The notes below the pieces were generated by a model. The model saw only the letters and a list, made by a program, of their open reading frames with translations, had not been told where the DNA came from and made no database searches. Positions 36,101 through 47,762 of a DNA stretch of 64,000 nt are shown here, piece after piece; the first letter of the stretch is position 1; each line of letters begins with the position of its first letter. This stretch comes from Epiperipatus broadwayi (Eukaryota; Animalia; Onychophora), in contig JAQFVV010000004.1 in assembly GCA_028023455.1 (NCBI GenBank), positions 12,710,001-12,774,000 of the forward strand, in the 5' to 3' direction. The position numbers and the translations under genes were made by a program.

Positions 36101-39100
36101 TTTAGGTTAAACTTTTAGATAAAATACGACTGATAAAGGAACTTTAAAAAATTTAACAAAGCATGTTAAACGAAATTATTAAAATATTTTTTAGTTTACA
36201 CTCTCTTTTTTTTTTGCAAGTTACTTTTAAAATATTAATTAGTTTTTGCAAATAAATTATGAGAGAGCGCTAAAATTGACTAAAATAAAAAAATTTTAAA
36301 AATACTATCTTTTTGATAGTTATAATTTACCTTTCTCCGGTTTCAATACATTATTAATCTCTCCCGATAACTTAGTTACGACGATATTTATAGTCTGTAA
36401 GAATACCTATTCCTATTGGTTAATTCTTACTTTAGCTTGAGAACAAATTTACATATTTTTAGTTTATAGTAGAATTAAATTTCAAAATTAGAAATTATGA
36501 CGTAATAAACTTAAAATATTATTTAAAATATTACTTTTAAATAAATTATTATTTTATTAAAACTATTTAAACATTTAAAATATCTTTTAAAATAACTTTT
36601 AATAACTTATTCCATTTCTTAATATTCAATTTATCTATTTTTATTTAAATAAAATATTTAATTTTTTTATTATTAACTGTATTCGTCTTTATTACATCAT
36701 TTAAACATGTTATACGATAGTTAACTTAATATTTATTATTATTTTATGCTAGGTGACAATTCCATCCAATTCTATAATATAACTTTTAAAATATTTTAAA
36801 CTTTGTTATTAATTCAAACAAGTGTGTGTGTGAAAGAATATAGTATACAAGTCACATGATTAATAACTTTGACAGACGATTTTTAATCTATTTCTCTGCC
36901 TAGATTTATAAAATTGATACACTTATTATATTATATAATATAATTATAAAATTTGGAAGAACAATTTAGAAAATATAGAATTAAATACAATTTTCACCAT
37001 CACAAAGTTTATTTTAAAATATACTATATTAATTTTGACTATTTAAATATGATTACAAATTTAAATATAGCATTTATTAAATTATACATTTTAAACTATT
37101 AAAATCGAATTTTTAAATATACTTTTAATATTTATAGCTGTGTTATTTATTATGGCCAGCTTTTACAACCATATGCAACAATATTTAAAGCTTTACATAA
37201 CTATTTTTTAAATGATTTTATATATAGTATTCTCTTTAGCTTCAAATTGTACTTTAAAGATATAATTGACTTAATATAATTAATGTATTAAAAGAACATA
37301 TTCTAAAATTTAAAATTTTTAGTAATTGACTGTTATAAACTATTACTGACCTATGCACAATATATATATATATATACTTGTAGATATATATAATGAAAAC
37401 AAAGGAATAAGTGAATTTATTTCCATGTAATGACTAAAAAAAATGTTAGCATTGGTATTTCTATGTTACTATCAATTACCACTAACATACTTAAAGTTAA
37501 ACAATTTGTTTTATTAGTCTATAATAGGTTTTTTGTTTTGAGTTTACTTAGAAGTAAAAGGTCTTCTTTTATTTGCAATCCAAGATAAAAAATAAAAAAA
37601 AAAACTAATGTGGACTATTACAGCAAATTATTTAACTTAAAGTCTGATATTAGTAATTGTTAATTATCTAGCAACACCAATGTTAACAAATTTCTCTAGT
37701 CATTACTCATTCCTTTATTTATATCATAATAAATAGTTAAAAAAATATTTAACATATATGTATATTATTACTATTCATTTTATAAACTTACATTCAATTT
37801 TTTAAAAAATCATTAATTAAAATAAAATCTAAAAATATATTTCTGTTTGATATTTGATCTATTCAAAAATTCAAAATGGTAATTTCATTATGCTATTTAC
37901 AAGTAGAATTATCAAGAAAAAATTGTGTTCGATTTCTAAAATTTCAATTTCCCATTCAAGATTTTAAAAAAAATTGAACAAAATTTTTTAATAGCCTTTT
38001 AAATATATATATATATTTATTTACTTTTCAAAAAAAAATGCATAAGCAAACAGTTAAAATTAATTAACTTTCAAAACATATATAAAAAAACACACACTTT
38101 AAATAATGCACTCATACAAACAAATACGTATATATATACAGTTTGTTTGTTTTTTTTTACAAAATACATATTATATTAAAAAAATATAAAAAATATTTTA
38201 TTTAAAATTTTCAATTATAAATGCTTAGGATAATCTCAGTAAGTAAGAAACTCCCAATTTGAATATAATTATAGAAACCTCAAAATCCGTCATTTTCAAG
38301 AACCTGCAGTGAATCAATGATGATACATAAAAAATGATTACATGGAAATCTATTTATAATAATAATAATAATTTAATGATTTTTCATTAAATACTGTTAG
38401 CTTTAATTATAACTTAAATATTGCAATTCCAAATATTCCACATGTATTATTAGCAGAATATATATCAAGTATAGTATATATAATTTTAGTATTATGATAA
38501 TTATATATATTTAAAAAATTGGCGCTAATGATAGCAGATTTCTTAAAATATTTTATTTACAGGAGCAATCACTTTTAATAGTATGCCAGTGCTGCCAACT
38601 AGTGTAAGCTTGAGCAATTAACAGTTACAATAGGTAATAAAACTGGAGTACTGTAAATAATTTACTATTAGAAAGCATTAAGCAAACTGGGATCATGCAT
38701 TTTTAGTTTGAATTTTATTTAAACATTATAAAAAGAAATTAATTTGTTTCAATTTTATAAATAATAAATAAAAATGCAATTATTATTTATTTGCTTTATT
38801 TACTTAGAGCTGATTTTATATGGCAATTGACCTTTGAATATGGAAAGATTTAAAAGATTTTAAACACTTTTACTTTTTTTTAAGAAAGGCAAAAAGTGCA
38901 GACAAATAAAAAACCTATGAATGAAGTTAGTTGTTTCTAATTTAAAAAAATAAATAAATGTAGCATTATCTCTAAATTATAAGAGTTAGGCTGTTATTTT
39001 TTTTAAATAATAAAAATGTCACAGCAGAGTATAATAATAAAATCAGCATCTGGCAGGCACATCTCCTGCTGAATCCTGAAAATACAGCTATTTATACTCA

Positions 39101-39129
39101 CCTAGGGTGCAGCAATCATAAAATCACCA

Positions 39130-39593
39130 GAATATTTAAATATCTGCTACTGGAGCCCAAACCTTTGGATTATCTGATCAAGGTAAATATGGGCTCCATG
39201 CCAATTAATTCATTCTTACACTACAAGCGGTTTCTAAATAAAATAGACCCAATTTGTCATGCCTGCTCTAGAGGAGAGGAGACCTTTAATCATCTGTTAA
39301 ATATATGTCCCGGCTATAATGGTATTAGAAGTGTCATCTCTCAACACTGCATTATAGCAGTGGATAAAATCCTAGACATCAGGGGTTGTCTTTCTTCTGG
39401 AGACTTTACAGTTATCAGGTTATCTATCTTCCTGACATATGCTTTTTGGTACACAAGATGCAGGACAAAGTTCACCCAACCAACACCGGATCCCAAAGCT
39501 ATATTTTGCGATAAGCTCAAAGCTCTTCAAAACAAGGATAAGATATTATCCTCTAGATTTTTATTTATTAATACATGGAGCCTACTAGTATGA
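39130..39593 (+). mobile_element. L1/Tx1-type non-LTR retrotransposon ORF2 C-terminal fragment (zf-RVT CCHC finger)
   Basis: Open 142-codon frame containing CHACSRGEETFNHLLNIC (CxxC..E..H....C), an upstream GSMP and a downstream FWYTRC (W..R) motif. Confidence 0.7.
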
Positions 39594-41689
39594 CCCACAG
39601 ACTCTACATAAATATTGGACCTGATATATCCACATTGTAGTGTATCGTAAATGAAGTAGTCTATGATGCAACATGCCGGATTCTACTAGAGAGGCATTGA
39701 TTTCATACATGTATCCCAGCTGATAAGTTAGCATTATTGGGCCAACCTTAAAAGAGGTGGTCAATACCAACAAAATGGAATGTATGTACTCATTTATCAA
39801 CCTGCTAGTGCAGAGAATGGCTCTGGCATATATCTACCAGACCAATTCCAGCAATGGATGAGCCAACATTAACAAAGTGCATTGATTTTTCATCTGTACA
39901 ATTTTATTATGTCAATAAATATATTTTTAAAATAAAAATGTCATTTCAAATTATCCATGCAGAAAGAACATTGTATCTGGGACTGTAATTTTTCAATGAT
40001 AGATATAATAAAATAATAGTTTGAAAAATAATGAATCTGTTAAAATAAAAAAAATCAAACTTACATTTCTATGATTCTGATTTTGTTGACAAAAGAACCA
40101 GGTTAAGCAATTAGTACATGTATACACTATAGATGAAGAGTGAATTAAACTCCAATACTACTTCATATATACATATAGTGTGTTAATCAAAAATTGGATT
40201 TACCATATAAAAATTATTATACCAATATTAAATTAATATTCAAACAAATATAATTTAGATTTAAATAATAATTATATGTATATTGATATATATTAAATGT
40301 TGATAGAATTAATCCAATTTTTTTTATTACCTATAAATTTTTATATATGTAACAAAGAAATAAATTAAACATGGCAACTTTTTAATGTTATATAACAAAT
40401 AAATGCAGTAGTACTTTCAATTACAGTCTCATAACATTATCAATTACTTTCAAACATAAATTGAATACTATTAAGTCCTTTCCAAGAGATCATAAAAAAT
40501 TTAAAAAAAGACCATATGTGAAATGAATGGATCAAATAAGAAAGAGTGCTAGAAAAAAGACCTTAGGAATCAGAGTAACTAGATTAAGCTTGTAAAGATC
40601 TTCATCTTGTATTTGATTGATTATGGTTGAAAATAATGGTAATGATTAATTCCTATAATGCAGTAAATCACATTATGCCTCATGACTTTTCACATTTTTA
40701 TCTTTATGAAATGTCATATATTGATTAGTCTTAATATTCATTTAAAAAACAAAGATTCAAAAACATCAATTATAATTTGTGAAATTTAAAGCACACAAAG
40801 AATGCTCAAACATAGGCAAGGTGCTAATATAAAAATTTATGAAGCATGAGAGAGACTTTGAAATAGTGCATTATGGAGTTAATTTTATGCATTTTATGTT
40901 TGAAAGCAGTTGGTAAAAATTATATGACAACAACTAAAAACTCTTCTGCAATTTATTTATTACTTAAGGTTATTACTTAAAAAACGCCATATTTTATTTA
41001 TTTGTTACATATATTATTTGCAGTTTGTATTGATTATATATATTATAATGGGCAGAAATTAATGTGCGTATATAAATAACTAATATACTAAGTATAAATA
41101 ATTAAAATGCTTAACAAAATCGTACATATACCTTTAATGTAATCACTATTCTGATGATGATCAAATAATTTCTATTGAAAGTTAAATTAATTGTATTTAT
41201 TCCAAAAGTATTTTTAATTTCTATATTCAATTTAAAATTAATCTTCAGGTGCAAAGCATTCTAAATAGAAAGCTTACTTCTGAAAATCTTAATACTGCTG
41301 ATCATCATCATCATCATTTAAATTTGTTGTGTCTCAGTCGATTGCATGATTTCTCAGGGTATCTGGATATCAATGGAATATGTTTGGAATGACTTTGAAA
41401 AGCAAAAACAAACTAAATTTGTTAATTAAAAAAATAAGCTAACAATTTATTTGTAATAAATTAAAAAAAAAGAAATCATTGCTTATACTTTTGCAATTAC
41501 TATCAGATAAATACAATACAAAATTTTGAAAGTAAGAACAAAAATAATACTTAATAGTATTATAATTTAAGACTTTATGGGTAAATATACAGATAAAATA
41601 TTAACAAATAACTTAAAATTTTAAATCGTGGTTTTCTGCAGATGCCATACATTTGTTATATGCGCACACAAGACTTTAGCAATCAGTTT

Positions 41690-41880
41690 CAAATGTGATT
41701 ATTCTTTTTGGATATTAATGACAATAGATAGTGTATATGACAGGTCTTACAGCAGAGTCCATTTCTTTCCTTATACATGATTTTCATCTTTAAAGCAGGC
41801 AATGTTGTATTATATCTCTGAATAGAACTGCATAGTTCAGGTTTTTCGCTTGGTGTGGTTAAAGTTTTCTGGCCAATCAT
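41690..41880 (-). pseudogene. Possible LINE RT thumb-region fragment
   Basis: LKMKIMYK then, after a frameshift, SAVRPVIY, resembling the RTE/CR1 motif K.KLY...VRP.L.Y. Confidence 0.3.
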
Positions 41881-43118
41881 GGTAAATAGCTATTTGTTAG
41901 TTACTCTCATCCTAATTTATAAAGTGTATGAAGTATTGAAAAATACTATAAAATAGCCAGTCAGTACAGCTATTGGAAGCTAATATGGAGGAACTGATTT
42001 TAACCAGTGATTAAAAAATAAATAAATAAAACATGCTATGTTTTTATAAAAAAAATAGCATAGTAATAATAATAATAATATATATTTGTGTTAAAAATCA
42101 CTAAAACAAAATACATCCATAAAACATTGCAAACTATAAGAACATTTTCCAAATGTATTAATATTAACTAATAATAATAGCAAGTAATTAGGAGTTTCAT
42201 GAAATTGATACGAAATCTGATCTCATATAATAATAAAGGGTCCAATCGATCAAACTTTGTAAGAGATTCTTATCTCGTCTAGACATAGATATTGGCCATA
42301 CATTCTACATAGGATAAATACCAATGACCATGATATAATAATGGGCATGTGAAATATTTTCATTATCATTTTATAGTGTACTTTCTTTATTATTGAGTTT
42401 ATGTTTAATGCTAAGATAAAACTGTCAATAGATTTTATTATACTAAGGTTTTTCTACCAAGTAATTACATGTTTAACACCTGATCTCACCACAGCATTTT
42501 TTCATGAAATATTCTCCTTTAAAACTTAATGGTCAATGAATTAATTTCCAAGAAATACAGGCAGTGAATATTTAGAGGCGAAATTAAATATTTAAATATT
42601 CTTTCTCCACATCTAATGTAAAATTCACAATCTTTTATATAATTCCAATAAAAACCAGCAATCCACTTATTTCTTCAAGTCAAAACACCCAAATTATTCC
42701 AAATAATAGGATTTATCTGGGTTAAGAAGCAATGGTTCACTGATATTCAAATCATTCTTGCAATCAGTATACATTAAATATGGAATATTATGAACTTTTC
42801 AGATTCATATATACATTATTACAAACAATACATTCTCTTATTTTTGAGACAACTGCTAACTCTGATCTGATTAACTCTTTTTCACAAATAAAATTTATAT
42901 TAGTTAAGTTTCAGTTAACACTTAAACAAAGAAACAGATTGATAAATCACTTTTTTTTTCTTTCAACCCTCAAATTGCTAATATACAAATGAAATCCTAA
43001 ATAATATTTCAATTTTATTTACTGTGAGTGTACTTCTATGAAGATATAACAATTTATTTATATTCAGACAGATGATTTCTTTCTATTGTTTTTCTTTTAT
43101 TTTATAAAATTAATATTT

Positions 43119-43252
43119 TTCAATATAAATAATACATATAACATGTATACTAAGAAAAGCTTGTTTAATACTTTAAAAATGTTAAATATATCAACATAAT
43201 ATGCTGAGCTTGCTTTCTTAGTATACATATTGTATGTATTATTTATATTGAA
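43119..43252. repeat. Family G small palindrome, ~45-bp arms
   Basis: TTCAATATAAATAATACAT..TGTATACTAAGAAA / TTTCTTAGTATACA..ATGTATTATTTATATTGAA. Confidence 0.8.
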
Positions 43253-43378
43253 TTACATTTTTTGGATTTAAGTTTTAAAAAATTGAAAATTAATATTAAT
43301 ATAAAATTAAAAACATTAATTATCAACAAGATTTAAATCCAAATACTTCCATTTTTTATAATGCACTATCCTCCATAG

Positions 43379-43743
43379 CAGTGGTAGTCAACCTGATCCC
43401 TACCGCCCACTAGTAGGTGTCCCAGCCTTCATGGTGGGCGGTAGGGGTTTTGTCCAACATTGAAGCACCTTCTTTTTTTTTTAAATTTAATTGACTTTTT
43501 AAAAAAATTTCATAGAGATTTATTCTGCCAAACTTAGCAAAAATCCAGCATAAAGTATTTGGTAAGTAATTATTATTATATGCTTTAGCTTGCTGTAACT
43601 CTGCTTTATAAATTTTATAAAGTAAAGTTACTTCCCTGTTTTATAAATCACCATTGCTGTGGAACCGGTGAGTGTTTAGAAAATTTTACTACTAACAGAA
43701 ATACAAAAGTGGGCGGTAGGTATAAAAAGGTTGATTACCCCTG
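43379..43743. mobile_element. Non-autonomous hAT (Charlie-like) MITE, 365 bp
   Basis: TIR CAGTGGTAGTCAACCT / AGGTTGATTACCCCTG; imperfect 8-bp TSD CTCCATAG (43371-78) / CTCTATTG (43744-51); repeated subterminal GTGGGCGGTAG / CTACCGCCCAC motifs. Confidence 0.9.
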
Positions 43744-46700
43744 CTCTATTGCAATAGGACCCTAATTCTATCTCAATCTAATTAATCAAATCTATTTTGG
43801 AATTATTCTTGCAGTATTTCCATATTTTTCAAAACAGCAGGAACCATTTCTTCTATTGGTAAACTTTTTCCAAATATGCTATATTTTCATTCTTCACAAA
43901 ATTTGCCTTTTCCATTTATTTCCAATTTGTAGCTAATTTTTTTTTGTTTATAATAGCCATAATATAAAGTTATAATAATAATACTTAAATTCATTTTATT
44001 AAATGATATTAAAGGCAATCAAGTGATTAAAAAAAAGTTTGGCTTTTATTTATAAAACGTAAAATGAATTACTTGTAAAATTTTAAACAAAACCAAAACA
44101 ACAACAACAAAAAAACATCAATTTTTAACATTCCATTCTGTTGTAATATTAAACAGACTTCAAAATAAGATTTGATTTCTTTAACCTGTAATGTTTCATT
44201 ACTAAAAAGAAAAATGGTTTAAGACAGTTGTGCCACAAAAGTAATTTAAATGTCATTTACCTGGGGAGAAGAAAATCTCAACTTTATCTGATAGCAACTA
44301 AATTATTTACAATAATTATTAAAGTTCCTTATTTGTGAAGTTAAAAATATATGTTATATATAAGTCATGAAGAATATTATATAGTTAAAAATATTATATT
44401 TTTAATAAAATTCACCATATCATATATAAAAGTTATCATGGTTTTTTTTATATATATTTTACAATATATGTTAAAAAGCTTTCCAATTTTATGAAAACCA
44501 CATGAAAAATTTTATGAGTAAATAGTAAAAAATTCTTATTGAATTTTATTCTTAAAGATTTCAGTGATCTTTAAAAGTAAAAATATTTTGGTATAACATG
44601 TTAATAATAGTCCTATAAAATAGCTTGAAGATTATAAATATGCAGTATGAGATAGTAGTTAATATGCCCTATACAATGTAACTTATAAAGATTAAGTATA
44701 AGTTAATTATACATTTACCACATAAAATAACAATTGATATTGAACCCATTACCAATATAAATAGAGTATCCAAAATGTTTTTTTTTTTTTATTGTAATAA
44801 GTCATGTTACTACAAAATGTTCTAGAAAAATGCAAAAATGTTTGCATTTTGATAAATAGTGTTACTTTAAATAATAAAAAAAGATGGACAGAATACTTAG
44901 CTACTATACACTGGAGTGAAATAAATTAAGAATAGTGATAGTATTGATGAACAAATTTAAAGGTCACAATTCTGAACAGTGAACTATATCTTGTTCCATC
45001 AGATAACACTTTATATGAATAATCAATTCCTTTAGAAATTATCGATCAAAATTGTCAAACACATGGCAACTTTCACCTTGATTCAGTTATATTTTTTCCC
45101 CAAAAATTTGATGCTTCTTTCCAAAAAGAACACATTCAATCTGATGATTTTTCAATAAATATTTTATTCAATATATGCATTAAAACAGTAAAATAGAGGC
45201 TACTACAAAAGTGCCTTATTTCTCCCACAAAAAAATGGAAACTCAGCATTCAACAAAATTATATAAAGGCAACAAGATTAACTCTTGCACTATAAAAAAA
45301 GAATTTTCATTTACAAAAACTGTGTCTGTAGTAAATTTTAAAAGAATCCAATGGCCCTCAATTATTTAGGTTAAAAATTCAGTTGTGAATATTGTATATC
45401 ATTGGTATTTCTATTATTACAACTGTGTTTAAAAAGACCCAAGTACTTTCCTATCTCACTGTTTCCATCTTTTTTTTATATTTATTTCAAATAAAATCTT
45501 TAATAACTAACATAAAAAGATAAATACTATATATTCTTATATACTTAAGAATGTCAAATTAATGAATTCATATTTTAACTTACAAAATTGATGATAAAAG
45601 ACACGTTATTCGTGAGTAAAATAATTCCTATCTTTGTAAATTTTTTCATATATTTCTTAATGTGATATGATGTAATTCAAGCCATACTTTCCATTCTTCA
45701 TTTATAAAAAGAATATACTGCATTAAGACTTGTATAGATAATGACACTTACTTATTCAAACCCAGAAATAAACTGTTTGCTAATGTGGAGTGCATAATTT
45801 AGCATTTTCATTGATTATGAGATGGTCAAATTATTCCTGGTTGTATTAAATTGTTCTCAAATCAATTTTTATAATGTTATGAATAAACTATAGTTTAAAA
45901 TGTTCCCAAACAACTAGCGGTCTATTTCAAAATTCGTTTCATACATAATAAAAATTATAAAAATCGACGAACAGCACTCAAATTATCATTATTATTACCA
46001 GTATGAGAATAAAATAGTTTTCAATAATACGTAAAGCAGAAAGGTAATGATAGTTATTTTTAAAAAAATAATTTTTTGTTTCTTTTTTATTTTTCAACAG
46101 ATATTTTGCAATTTTTACTTTTTTGTTTTTGATTAAATTAAAACGAATTTTTTCCCATTATTTTTCTTTCTTTTTTAAAAAACAACTTCTAAAAAAAAAT
46201 TCTATTAACAAGAATTCACAATGCATATATAATTTGTATACTCATGCGTGTGTTCGTGTGGATCAAACACATTTTCAACATATATATAAACTCATCTATA
46301 TATGAGTATGTACTAAAATTCATGTTATAGTAATTTATTATCCATGAATTGGAATATTCTAAACTAAAGTTAGAAATCAATTACTGTGAATATAGGATGT
46401 TACTATATATTTCTAAGTTTGTACTTCCTATTTTTAATTATGCATCTTAATAATGTAAAGGTCTCATTAAAGTTTAATATTAGCTCTAAATATTATTATT
46501 ATATTTATTCTTCCAAATATTATAGGTCTGAATAATATTTACAATTATAAAAAAATTTAAACATTTTACTTTCAATCTAACAACGGTATTTATTTAGCAT
46601 ATATATATAGTAATAAAATCAAGTCATATATCACATGCCTTTTATATATATATGTAATAATATTATTATTGAATGTCTGTATTTTTAAAGCAATATACGT

Positions 46701-46757
46701 AATTATATAACTGAATATTTGTAAATACAGTAAATAAATAATTAAAAATTTTATTCA

Positions 46758-46801
46758 CTTAGGAGCGCTTTCGATTATCTCAGTAATCTGTGTCAACTAA
46801 A
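46758..46801 (-). ncRNA. Variant hammerhead motif (U3-A8), left arm of family H
   Basis: Identical to the right-arm motif when read on the minus strand. Confidence 0.65.
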
Positions 46802-46901
46802 GCTTTGAAATGCTAACTTTCCCACAATTCCGTGATCTTAACGTTTGCTGCTTGCCTGTTAATTAAGTCATGTTTACATCTGTATATTAGCATTTCAAAG
46901 C

Positions 46902-46945
46902 TTTAGTTGACACAGATTACTGAGATAATCGAAAGCGCTCCTAAG
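46902..46945 (+). ncRNA. Variant hammerhead motif (U3-A8), right arm of family H
   Basis: TTTAG TTGACA-CA GATTA-CTGAGA-TAATC GAAA GCGC TC CTAAG: stem I, stem II, GAAA, palindromic stem III AGCGCT and a CUC triplet. Confidence 0.65.
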
Positions 46946-47686
46946 TGGATAAAATTTTTAATTATTTAATTACTGTATTTACAAATATTCAATTATATAA
47001 ATATATATTAACAGCATAACTATTAACAATATATAACAAAGAAAGTGTACAGATTTCAACCATAGAATATATTCTTTTTTGACTTTATTAAGACCTTCAA
47101 TTCCATTATAGACATTATTTGACAGTCATTAAAATGTGGTTCTTGCTATGTGTTTGTCTACATCTACATAATCAATGGTTTCTAAATTTAATTTGTGAAT
47201 CAGATGAGTGTAATGATCATTGGTAGTCCTAAATCTGTTGTCGAGACTTCCAATATGTACAAAAAGATCAAATCCAGCTGGCTTCATTGTAGGATCAGAA
47301 AAAAACATTTGCTAGAATCTCATAAAAATATCAATATTTTACATCATGCTTTTTCAATTGTAGATTCTCAATTGAACTTCACAAAGATGAGTCTTGAATA
47401 GTAAAATTATCAACAAATTCTAACTCATTTGCAGTTTTTTAAACATTTTCAGTAAAGCGTATATTTTCCTGAAGGTTTATGATGATGGTATTTTTAGATA
47501 TATATTGGACTATTTCCATCATCTAATATTAAGTAATGAATGTCTTTAGAAAAATTTAACTTTATTTAAGTAATCCAATTACATTCAACTGTTAATAATA
47601 GCACACAGATTATTATATGCACTATGTTTCAAGAAGTATTATTCTCCGCTCTTCTTTAGGTGTTGTTGGACAGATCAGTGATAGTA

Positions 47687-47762
47687 CTAGCATGGGAATC
47701 AAACCTGGATTCTTGAGTATTGAATTTTAAGGTAATGTTCTATCCATCTGAGCTATCCTGCT
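47687..47762 (-). mobile_element. Degenerate tRNA-derived SINE head or tRNA pseudogene
   Basis: Minus strand GCAGGA TAGCTCAGATGG (A box) ... GGTTTGATTCC (B box) at tRNA-like spacing. Confidence 0.55.

Larger units (their letters stand above)
46703..47000. mobile_element. Family H palindromic element (arms ~114 bp, 70-bp spacer) with an HHR-like motif in each arm
   Basis: 46703-46816 is a near-perfect reverse complement of 46887-47000. Confidence 0.95.
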
